Below the pieces are notes generated by a model that was given only the letters and a program-made list of their open reading frames with translations, did no database searches and was not told where the DNA came from. From Horticoccus luteus (GTDB taxonomy: Bacteria; Verrucomicrobiota; Verrucomicrobiia; Opitutales; Opitutaceae), in assembly GCF_019464535.1 (NCBI RefSeq), contig NZ_CP080507.1, positions 4,050,001 through 4,082,000 on the forward strand: DNA of 32,000 nt, in the 5' to 3' direction. Both the position numbers and the translations under genes were made by a program. Numbering within the stretch: the first letter of the stretch is position 1; each line of letters opens with the position of its first letter. This document shows, in pieces, positions 1-7,509 of this stretch.

Positions 1-921
1 CCCGTCCTTCGCGCCGGCCTCGGCCAATTCGACGGAGCCCGCCGGATAGGCGACTTTCTCGTGCGGATACGCGATGGGCCGCCCGCGGATGCCGGCGGGC
101 GTGCGGCGGATTTTCCACGTCGCAAAACGTTTTTGGAGGTTCGCCAGCAAGGCCGGGGTGGTCGGCGGGACGGCACCGAGGAGCTCCGTGTAGCGTTGGG
201 TGACAGTGGCCACGGCGGCGCTCGCCGCGGGCGTCACCGCCCCGTCGGGCAACGGCGCGCGATCAAAGCGCCAGAGACCAAGCCAGTGGTCGTTGGCGTC
301 GGTCGGCAGGCAGGTGCCAACGAACGGAACCTGCCGGTCGCGCGTGGCATGACGGGCGTCGATCGGCTGGGAAAACACGAGGGAGTCGATGAACACGGTG
401 CCGCTTCCACCGCTTTCCGGTGCGACGATGCGCAACGTATCCATGTCCGTCCGCGGCTTCCCCTGCATGTCGCGCTCGTAGGCCACCCAGCAGGTGCGCC
501 AGCCGGTGAAGTCCAGGCCGAAGTCGAACCAGCAGTCGCGCTCGCCGCCGCGACCGAAGGCGAACCGCAATTTCCCGTCCGGGCGCCGCACGGGGTTGTA
601 GATCCAGACGACGAAGGTGCTCAGCGCGTTGGAGGTCGCGTCGGGCGTCAGGGCCTTGAACGCAATCGGGTGATGAAACGTCAGGACGCCGCCCGGCTGC
701 CAGTCCCAGCGCAGGCTTTGCGCGCCATATTTGGCATGCTCCGTCGATGGCGCCGCCGTCGAGTGCGCGTCGGCCGCGACCGCCGCGGGCAGCGCGGATT
801 CTTCGAAGGAAAGCACGCCAGCGGAGGCGGGGGACGCGGCACGTAACAGGGCCGGCGTCAGCAGCAGGAGAACGCCAAGGGCCGCGTGGCGGGCATGCGT
901 GGAAACGGGGCGGGGTCGCAT
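1..921 (-). CDS. Polysaccharide lyase, chondroitinase ABC-like (PL8-type). N-terminal part only; the C-terminus lies beyond the left edge of the window.
   Basis: This minus-strand frame is open-ended, so it is absent from the ORF track. It starts at the ATG at 921. The translation begins MRPRPVSTHARHAALGVLLLLTPALLRAASPASA, a signal peptide. It continues SLRWDWQPGGVLTFHHPI, LSTFVVWIYNPVRRPDGKLRFAFG, WFDFGLDFTGWRTCWVAY and MDTLRIVAPESGGSGTVFIDSLVFS. From memory, these parallel the N-terminal domain of Proteus chondroitinase ABC I (SLLWKWKGGSSFTL, FSFWLYNEKPIDGYLTIDFG, KLDFTGWRAVGV, IRFKAPSNVSQGEIYIDRIMFS). Confidence 0.8.
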   Translation of the reverse strand, partial: MRPRPVSTHARHAALGVLLLLTPALLRAASPASAGVLSFEESALPAAVAADAHSTAAPSTEHAKYGAQSLRWDWQPGGVLTFHHPIAFKALTPDATSNALSTFVVWIYNPVRRPDGKLRFAFGRGGERDCWFDFGLDFTGWRTCWVAYERDMQGKPRTDMDTLRIVAPESGGSGTVFIDSLVFSQPIDARHATRDRQVPFVGTCLPTDANDHWLGLWRFDRAPLPDGAVTPAASAAVATVTQRYTELLGAVPPTTPALLANLQKRFATWKIRRTPAGIRGRPIAYPHEKVAYPAGSVELAEAGAKDG

Positions 922-1086
922 GAAAGCAACAGGCTCCCATTCGTCCGCCGCCTCAATGACCAAGCGACTAACGCCGTTCAGTAGCCGCCGCTGGGATGGC
1001 GTATCGGCCAGACCGCGGAGCGCTTGACGGTGCCGAAGGAAGATCAACCGGCCCTGCGCCCGCGTCGAACTGCGAGCGAACGGTTG

Positions 1087-1129
1087 AATCGAATATGGCA
1101 AAACATGTCGTTTCTTGACATATTCGATT
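1087..1129. promoter_or_regulatory. AT-rich perfect 11-bp inverted repeat in the divergent lyase / HexNAc-operon promoter region. Candidate operator or leader hairpin.
   Basis: AATCGAATATG (1087-1097) and CATATTCGATT (1119-1129) are exact reverse complements separated by 21 nt. A TTGACA hexamer lies at 1115-1120. The site is an AT-rich island in GC-rich DNA, just upstream of the likely ATG at 1150. Confidence 0.35.
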
Positions 1130-1149
1130 TACGCGGGCACACGTCGCTC

Positions 1150-2076
1150 ATGTCTGATTCCCCAACCTCGAACTCTGCGCCCGCCCTGCTGATCCTTGCC
1201 GCGGGCATGGGCAGTCGCTACGGCGGACTGAAGCAGATCGATCCCGTCGGGCCGGGCGGTGAGGCGGTGCTGGACTATTCGGTTTACGACGCACTCGCGG
1301 CCGGATTTGGAAAACTCGTTTTCGTGATCCGCCGCGATTTCGAGTCGGCGTTTCGGGAAAAAGTGGGCCGGCGGTTCGAGGCGCGCGCTGACGTCCGCTA
1401 CGTTTTTCAAGAGCGCGATGCCCTGCCCGGCGACCACGCGGTGGCGGCGGAACGGGAAAAACCGTGGGGGACCGGCCATGCGGTGTGGTGCGCGCGGGCG
1501 GAACTCACGGAACCGTTTGCGGTGATCAATGCCGATGATTTTTACGGCGCCGATTCGTTCCGCCAACTGGGCCGGTTTCTCGCCGCGACCAACCCGGCCG
1601 GCCAGCCCGCCCATTGCTGCATGATCGGCTTCAGGCTCGCGAAGACGTTGTCGGAGTTCGGCGCGGTTTCACGCGGCATTTGCACGGTCGATGCCGACCA
1701 TCACCTCACGGCGGTGAACGAGGCCACGGGCATCGAGCGCGCGCACGTAGCGGGCCACGGTGGCGCCGGGACACCACTCTTCACGGGTGACGAAATCGTC
1801 TCGATGAATTGCTGGGGTTTCACACCGGGCGTCCTCGCCTCGGTGGAGCGGCAATTGAGCGCGTTTCTCGCGGCCCACGGGCGGGAGTTGAAATCGGAAT
1901 TTTATCTGCCGTCCGCGGTGACCGGTTTAATCGACACCGGCGAAGCGGTGGTCACGGTGCTGCCGACGGCGGCCGCTTGGTTTGGCGTGACTTACCGGGA
2001 GGATCGCCCACGCGTCGTGGCGGCACTCCAAACCTTGATCGAAACCGGCGCTTATCCCGCAGCGTTGTGGGCTTGA
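1150..2076 (+). CDS. Sugar-1-phosphate nucleotidylyltransferase (NTP_transferase family). Probably a HexNAc-1-P uridylyltransferase.
   Basis: Part of track ORF 1024-2076. Motifs seen: LILAAGMGSRYGG (G-x-G-S/T-R nucleotide loop), KPWGTGHAV and NADDFYG. The start is uncertain: in-frame TTG at 1024, ATG at 1105 and ATG at 1150. I chose 1150 because MSDSPTSNSAPALLILAAG gives a typical short N-terminus. Confidence 0.75.
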   Translation: MSDSPTSNSAPALLILAAGMGSRYGGLKQIDPVGPGGEAVLDYSVYDALAAGFGKLVFVIRRDFESAFREKVGRRFEARADVRYVFQERDALPGDHAVAAEREKPWGTGHAVWCARAELTEPFAVINADDFYGADSFRQLGRFLAATNPAGQPAHCCMIGFRLAKTLSEFGAVSRGICTVDADHHLTAVNEATGIERAHVAGHGGAGTPLFTGDEIVSMNCWGFTPGVLASVERQLSAFLAAHGRELKSEFYLPSAVTGLIDTGEAVVTVLPTAAAWFGVTYREDRPRVVAALQTLIETGAYPAALWA

Positions 2077-2088
2077 AACCTTTTTCCC

Positions 2089-3237
2089 ATGAGTGCCTCC
2101 CCTGCCCGCCCCGCGCCTGATCTCCCGGCTGTCGTCGCCGCCTTTTCCCTCCTGGGCCGGTTCGTCACCGGCGCGCCTTATGGCAGCGGCCACATCAACG
2201 ACACCTTTGTCATCACGCTGGACCAAGCGGGCCAGCCGGTGCGCTACATCCTCCAACGCATCAACGAGCGCGTCTTTCAAAACGTGCCCGCGTTGATGGA
2301 AAACATCGCGCGCGTCACCAGCCACCTCGCGCGCTCCGCCTCCGGCGGCGGCCCGGTCGACTCGCGACACGCGTTGACTCTCGTGCCCGCGCGCGACGGC
2401 GCCGCCTGGCATCGCGACGCGGCGGGCGGTTGCTGGCGGTGCTACCTCTTCATCGAAAACGCGCGCACCTATGATCTCGTCGAAAACCCGCAGCAGGCGT
2501 GCGAGGCGGCCCGCGCGTTTGGCGAATTCCAGCGGGCGCTCGTCGACCTGCCCGGTGGACGATTGCACGAGACGATTCCGCATTTTCATCACACGCGCCG
2601 GCGCTTCGAGGCGTTGCGCCGCGCTGTCGCGGCCGATGCGCACGGGCGCGCCCGCGAGGTGGCGGCCGAGATCGATTTCGCGTTCGCCCGCGAAAGCCTG
2701 ACGGACGTTCTGCTCGACTTGCAGGCCCGCGGCGAAATCCCGGAGCGCATCACGCACAACGACACGAAGTTCAACAACGTGATGCTCGACGATGCCTCCG
2801 CCCGCGGCGTGTGCGTGATCGATCTCGACACCGTCATGCCGGGCCTCGCGCTGTATGATTTTGGCGACATGGTGCGCTCGGCGACCAATGCCGCCGCCGA
2901 AGACGAGCGCGAGGTCGCCAAGGTGGCGATGCGCATGGATATTTTCGAAGGCCTGCTCACCGGCTACGCCGCTTCGGCGGGCGCGTTTCTCAACGCCGCG
3001 GAGCGTGCCCACCTCGTCTTCTCCGGCAAGCTGATCACCTTTGAGATCGGGCTGCGGTTCCTCACCGATTTCCTCGAAGGCGACGTTTATTTCAAGACGA
3101 AGCGCGCGGGCCACAACCTCGACCGCTGCCGCACGCAGTTCGCACTCGTCCGCAGCATCGAACAGCAGGAACCGGCGATGCAGGCGCTGGCGGAACGCAT
3201 TTTCCATCGCGCCGCGCCGGAGGTTGCCAACCCGTGA
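2089..3237 (+). CDS. nahK: N-acetylhexosamine 1-kinase (NahK-like, APH/phosphotransferase fold)
   Basis: 382 aa. YGSGHINDTF, RYILQRIN, IPHFHHTRRRFEAL, ITHNDTKFNNVMLD, VIDLDTVMPG and GLRFLTDFLEGDVYFKTKRAGHNLDRCRTQFALV align along the whole length with Bifidobacterium longum NahK as I remember it ([77 protein letters not shown]). Confidence 0.85.
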   Translation: MSASPARPAPDLPAVVAAFSLLGRFVTGAPYGSGHINDTFVITLDQAGQPVRYILQRINERVFQNVPALMENIARVTSHLARSASGGGPVDSRHALTLVPARDGAAWHRDAAGGCWRCYLFIENARTYDLVENPQQACEAARAFGEFQRALVDLPGGRLHETIPHFHHTRRRFEALRRAVAADAHGRAREVAAEIDFAFARESLTDVLLDLQARGEIPERITHNDTKFNNVMLDDASARGVCVIDLDTVMPGLALYDFGDMVRSATNAAAEDEREVAKVAMRMDIFEGLLTGYAASAGAFLNAAERAHLVFSGKLITFEIGLRFLTDFLEGDVYFKTKRAGHNLDRCRTQFALVRSIEQQEPAMQALAERIFHRAAPEVANP

Positions 3238-3255
3238 ACGTCCGCGACGCACGGC

Positions 3256-3265
3256 GGGGGGGGGG
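3256..3265 (+). repeat. G10 homopolymer in the nahK-nagB intergenic spacer
   Basis: Read directly: acggc GGGGGGGGGG aaaccc. It lies between the stop at 3237 and the ATG at 3314. Confidence 0.95.
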
Positions 3266-3313
3266 AAACCCTGCTCGCTGTGCGCAAACCGCCAGCCACC
3301 ACGATCTGATCCG

Positions 3314-5215
3314 ATGAACCGGCCCGATTCCGAAGCCCAGCAGCGCGAGCGCATTCGCACCACGATACACGCCGACGCCGATGCAGCCTGCGCGGTCGTG
3401 GCCGGCGAACTCGCCGCGTTGATCCGCGAGCGGCAGGCCGCCGGACGCACGGTCGTGCTCGGCCTGGCGACCGGCTCGACGCCGGTGCGGCTTTACCGCG
3501 AGCTCATCCGGTTGCACCGCGAGGAGAAACTGAGCTTTCGCCACGTCGTCACGTTCAACCTCGACGAATACCACGGTCTGCCGCGCACGCATCCCGAGAG
3601 TTACTGGCGGTTCATGCACGAGCAGCTTTTCGACCACCTGGATATTCCGCCGGAAAACATCCATCTGCCCGACGGCACAGTGCCGCGCGCAGAGGTGTTT
3701 GGCGCCTGCCGCGCCTATGAGGAGAAATTCCGCGCCGCCGGCGGGATCGACGTGCAGATTCTCGGCATCGGGCGCACCGGCCACATCGGCTTCAACGAGC
3801 CCGGCTCCGGCCGCGATTCGCGCACGCGGCTCGTGACGCTCGACGCGCTCACCCGGCGCGACGCCGCCCGCGATTTCCTCGGCGAGACGAACGTGCCGCG
3901 CCACGCGATCACCATGGGCGTTGGCACCATCCTCGAGGCGCGGCGTATTCTGCTGCTCGCGTGGGGCGAGGGCAAAGCCCGCGTGCTCGCCGATGCCGTG
4001 GAAAAGACGCCGACGGATGCGCTGCCCGCGAGTTTCCTGCAAGGCCATCCCGGCGCGGCGTTCCACGTCGATCCCGCCGCGGCGAGCGCCCTCACCCGCC
4101 AGTGCCACCCGTGGCTGGTCGGCACCGTCGCGTGGACGCCGGGCATCGCGCGCCGAGCCGTGGTGTGGCTTTCCCAAACGGTGCGGAAACCCGTGCTCAA
4201 GTTGCTCGAAGAAGATTACAGCGAGCACGGCATGGCCGATTTGCTCACGGAACAAGGGCCGGCGTATGGCTTGAACATCCGCATCTTTAACGAACTGCAG
4301 CGCACCATCACCGGCTGGCCCGGCGGCAAGCCCGACGCCGATGACACGCACCGGCCGGAGCGCGCGATGCCCGCGCGCAAGCGCGTCGTCGTTGTCAGCC
4401 CCGAACCATCGGACGACGTGCTGGGCATGGGCGGCACGCTCCGGCGGCTGGTGGACCAAGGCCACGAAGTCACGGTGGCCTACATCACGTCAGGCAATCT
4501 CGGCGTGCCCGATGAAGAAGCGGCGATGGCGGCCGACCTCGTGGTCGAACTCGCCGGCGCGGGCGAGGAGACGAAGTTCGCGCAAACCGTGCGCCGCCAG
4601 CTCGAAGCCAAGACAGCGTTCGAGGGCGACACGCCCGAAATCCGCCGGTTGAAAGGCGTGCTGCGCCGCGGCGAAGCGCGCGCCTCGTTGCAGGCCTGCG
4701 GCGTCACCGCGCCTCACCTGCGCTTTCTCGACCTGCCGTTTTACGAACAGGGCCGCTACCGCCAGTTTCGGGCCGGCGAACGCGATGTCGGCACCGTCGC
4801 CACGTTGTTGCGCGAGGTGCAGCCGCACCAGATTTTCGCGACCGGGCATTCGGCCGATCCCAGCTCGGTGGCGGCGGTAAGCTTCGCCGTGCTGCGCCAG
4901 GCGCTGGCGCGGACCAACGGCGAAGCGTGGCGCGGCGATTGTCGCGTCTGGCTCTACCGTGGCCCCGATCGGGATTGGGCGCCGGCGGAAATCGCCATGG
5001 CCGTCCCGTTCAGCCCGCACGAACTCACGCAAAAAATCCAGGCGATCTACCATCACAAAAGCCAGCGCAGCCAGAGCCCCGTCGTCGCCGCGGGCCTGCA
5101 CGAGGCCTGGCAGCAGGCCGAGCAGCACAACCGCGCCATCGCCGTCCGCTACGACCAACTCGGCCTGGCGGAATACGAGGCCATCGAGGCTTTCGAGCGC
5201 TTCCCCGATTTATGA
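3314..5215 (+). CDS. nagB: Glucosamine-6-phosphate deaminase (NagB) fused to a C-terminal LmbE/PIG-L-like domain
   Basis: Track ORF 3041-5215 trimmed to the in-frame ATG at 3314 (MNRPDSEAQQRE). The N-terminal domain shows VVLGLATGSTP, FNLDEYHGL and ILGIGRTGHIGFNEPGS, which are NagB hallmarks. The C-terminal domain from about 4370 shows RKRVVVVSPEPSDDVLGMGGTLRRLVDQGHEVTVAYITSG, an LmbE-fold signature. Confidence 0.85.
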   Translation: MNRPDSEAQQRERIRTTIHADADAACAVVAGELAALIRERQAAGRTVVLGLATGSTPVRLYRELIRLHREEKLSFRHVVTFNLDEYHGLPRTHPESYWRFMHEQLFDHLDIPPENIHLPDGTVPRAEVFGACRAYEEKFRAAGGIDVQILGIGRTGHIGFNEPGSGRDSRTRLVTLDALTRRDAARDFLGETNVPRHAITMGVGTILEARRILLLAWGEGKARVLADAVEKTPTDALPASFLQGHPGAAFHVDPAAASALTRQCHPWLVGTVAWTPGIARRAVVWLSQTVRKPVLKLLEEDYSEHGMADLLTEQGPAYGLNIRIFNELQRTITGWPGGKPDADDTHRPERAMPARKRVVVVSPEPSDDVLGMGGTLRRLVDQGHEVTVAYITSGNLGVPDEEAAMAADLVVELAGAGEETKFAQTVRRQLEAKTAFEGDTPEIRRLKGVLRRGEARASLQACGVTAPHLRFLDLPFYEQGRYRQFRAGERDVGTVATLLREVQPHQIFATGHSADPSSVAAVSFAVLRQALARTNGEAWRGDCRVWLYRGPDRDWAPAEIAMAVPFSPHELTQKIQAIYHHKSQRSQSPVVAAGLHEAWQQAEQHNRAIAVRYDQLGLAEYEAIEAFERFPDL

Positions 5216-6630
5216 ACCTGACCGTCACCCCGCAATTTCGCCCGGTCCTCGACCCGGAATTTCTTCCCGCGGTCCTCTGGAACCGCGCTTACACTGAGAT
5301 CGTGCGGGCGGACGGCGCCGCGCGTCCGCTCGCGCTCGCGTTGATCCGCCCCGCCGGCGGTGCGTCCGTTTTTCACACCCGGATCCTGTCGGCCGGACAT
5401 CCCGCGGCGCCGCTCACGTTGCGTTACGCGGAGCGGCTGCTGAAATTCCTCCTCTGGCAACGCGGCGGGTGTCGCGTGCTGCTCGCGGGCGCGGACGAAC
5501 TCGTGCCGGCCCTGAACCGCCTTTACAGCCCGGACGGAGAACGCGCCTTCGACCACGCGTTCATGGGTGGCAAAGTTTACGGGCGTCCGTTCACCCTCGC
5601 CGCCGCCGCGTTCACCGATCTCCCGGCGGACGACACGGGCACGCTCGCCATCGGCCGGCATCTCGAAGGCTGCCGCATCGGTTTCGATCTCGGTGGCAGT
5701 GACCGCAAGGCCGCCGCGCTGATCGACGGCCGCGTCGTTTACTCCGAGGAAATTCCGTGGGATCCGTATTTCCAAAAGGATCCCGCCTATCATCTCGCCG
5801 GCGTGCAGGACACCCTTGCGCGCGCCGCGGCGCATCTGCCGCGCGTGGATGCGATCGGCGGCAGCGCTGCCGGAGTGTATGTGAACAACGAAGTCCGCGT
5901 CGCCTCGCTCTTCCGCGGCGTGCCCGACGCACAATTCGAGCGGCACATCCGACGCATGTTTTTCACGCTGCAAGCGCGCTGGGGCGGCGTGCCGTTCGAG
6001 GTGGCGAACGATGGCGAGGTCACCGCGCTCGCAGGCTCGATGGCGATGAACGGCAACGCCGTGCTCGGCGTTTCGCTCGGCACGAGCCAGGCGGCCGGCT
6101 ACGTCACGCCCGCGGGCAGCATCACGCCATGGCTCAACGAGCTCGCGTTTGCGCCGATCGATTACCGCACCGGCGCGCCGCGCGACGAATGGTCCGGCGA
6201 TGCCGGCTGCGGCGTGCAGTATTTTTCGCAACAGGGCGTCGCGCGACTCGCCGCGCTGGCGGGCTTCGAGTTTCCCGCCGACCGACCGTTGCCCGAGCGT
6301 CTGGTCGCGGTGCAGGCCGCGCTCGCGCAAGGCGATGAACGGGCGCGCGCCATCTTCGAGTCGATCGGCGTGTGCTTCGGCTACGCGATCGCGCACTACG
6401 GCGATTTTTACCCGATTGAAAACCTGCTCATTCTCGGCCGGGTGACGTCCGGCGCGGGCGGCGAAATCATCCTCGAGCGGGCCGCCACGGTGTTGCGCGG
6501 CGAGTTCCCGGCGCTCGCGGAAAAAATTCGGCTGCGCACGCCCGACGAAAAGGACAAACGTCATGGGCAGGCGATCGCCGCCGCGAGTCTTCCCCGGATC
6601 ACGCAACCCAGTTCAACCGCCTCTCCATGA
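5212..6630 (+). CDS. ROK-like / ASKHA-fold sugar kinase with a roughly 140-aa N-terminal extension. Putative HexNAc kinase.
   Basis: Track ORF 4927-6630 trimmed to the ATG at 5212, which overlaps the nagB stop as ATGA. Motifs seen: IGFDLGGSDRKAA (phosphate-1 loop), NDGEVTALAG and VLGVSLGTSQAAGYV. I did not see a canonical ROK zinc motif (CxCGxxGC). Confidence 0.6.
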   Translation: MNLTVTPQFRPVLDPEFLPAVLWNRAYTEIVRADGAARPLALALIRPAGGASVFHTRILSAGHPAAPLTLRYAERLLKFLLWQRGGCRVLLAGADELVPALNRLYSPDGERAFDHAFMGGKVYGRPFTLAAAAFTDLPADDTGTLAIGRHLEGCRIGFDLGGSDRKAAALIDGRVVYSEEIPWDPYFQKDPAYHLAGVQDTLARAAAHLPRVDAIGGSAAGVYVNNEVRVASLFRGVPDAQFERHIRRMFFTLQARWGGVPFEVANDGEVTALAGSMAMNGNAVLGVSLGTSQAAGYVTPAGSITPWLNELAFAPIDYRTGAPRDEWSGDAGCGVQYFSQQGVARLAALAGFEFPADRPLPERLVAVQAALAQGDERARAIFESIGVCFGYAIAHYGDFYPIENLLILGRVTSGAGGEIILERAATVLRGEFPALAEKIRLRTPDEKDKRHGQAIAAASLPRITQPSSTASP

Positions 6631-7478
6631 AACTCTCCCATCCCCAAGCCGATATTTTCGTCCCCGAAGCCGGCCTCTCGCCCGAGGCGGCGCTCGCCCG
6701 CACCACGCATCTCGCCGTGGTCGCTCACCAGGACGACATCGAGATCATGGCCTACCACGGCATCGCCGAATGTTTCGGGCGCACCGACAAGTGGTTCTCC
6801 GGCGTCGTGGTGACCGACGGCGCCGGCAGCCCGCGCACCGGCCTCTATGCCGATTACACGGATGCCGACATGCTGGACGTGCGCCGGCGCGAACAGCGCA
6901 AGGCGGCCTACGTGGGCGAGTATTCCATCCAGCTGCAACTCGCGCACCCGAGCGCCGTCGTGAAGCAGCCGGGCAACGCCGCCGTGCAGGCCGATCTCAC
7001 GGCGATATTTGCCGCGGCGAACGCCGAGGTGGTTTACCTCCATCAACCCGCGGACAAACACGACACCCACATCGCGGTGCTCGCGCAGTGCCTCCAGGCG
7101 TTGCGCGCGCTGCCGCCGGGCCAGCGGCCGCAGCGCGTCCTTGGTTGCGAGGTCTGGCGCGATCTCGACTGGATGATCGATGCGGACAAGCAGGTGCTCG
7201 ATGTCGGCGCGTATCCGAACGTCGCCGCCTCGGTGGTCGGCGTCTTCGATTCGCAGATCAGCGGAGGCAAGCGTTACGACCTTGCCACGGCGGGCCGACG
7301 GCTGGCGCATGCCACCTACCACACGTCGCACGCGACCGACAAATTCGCCGGCATCACGTGGGCGATCGACCTGACCCCGCTCGTCAACGACCCATCGCTC
7401 TCGCTCGCCGACTTCACCGTGGCGTTCATCGATCGGTTCAAACAGGACGTGGTCGCGCGCGTGACGCGCTTCGCCTGA
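6627..7478 (+). CDS. PIG-L/LmbE family N-acetylglucosaminyl deacetylase
   Basis: 283 aa. The ATG at 6627 overlaps the upstream stop as ATGA. It has a canonical VVAHQDDIEIM motif (AHxDD zinc/base motif, 6723-6737) and a later KHDTH (HxxH-type) motif. Confidence 0.8.
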   Translation: MKLSHPQADIFVPEAGLSPEAALARTTHLAVVAHQDDIEIMAYHGIAECFGRTDKWFSGVVVTDGAGSPRTGLYADYTDADMLDVRRREQRKAAYVGEYSIQLQLAHPSAVVKQPGNAAVQADLTAIFAAANAEVVYLHQPADKHDTHIAVLAQCLQALRALPPGQRPQRVLGCEVWRDLDWMIDADKQVLDVGAYPNVAASVVGVFDSQISGGKRYDLATAGRRLAHATYHTSHATDKFAGITWAIDLTPLVNDPSLSLADFTVAFIDRFKQDVVARVTRFA

Positions 7479-7509
7479 GATTCGATTAAGCTGTCCGATT
7501 TTCCTGCGT

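Noticed and set aside
61-940. Track ORFs 61-846 (+) and 263-940 (-) at the left edge
   Set aside because: A third, open-ended minus-strand frame (1-921) gives a signal peptide and chondroitinase-ABC-like motifs. The two listed ORFs are overlapping alternative frames with Arg-rich, motif-less translations.
1927-3450. 507-aa minus-strand ORF, and similarly 3092-4465, 5149-6606, 6561-7715, 9601-10926, 15466-16698 (+) and 20475-21407
   Set aside because: All lie opposite or out of frame to genes with strong family signatures. Their composition is Arg/Ala/Gly-dominated and no motifs are recognisable.
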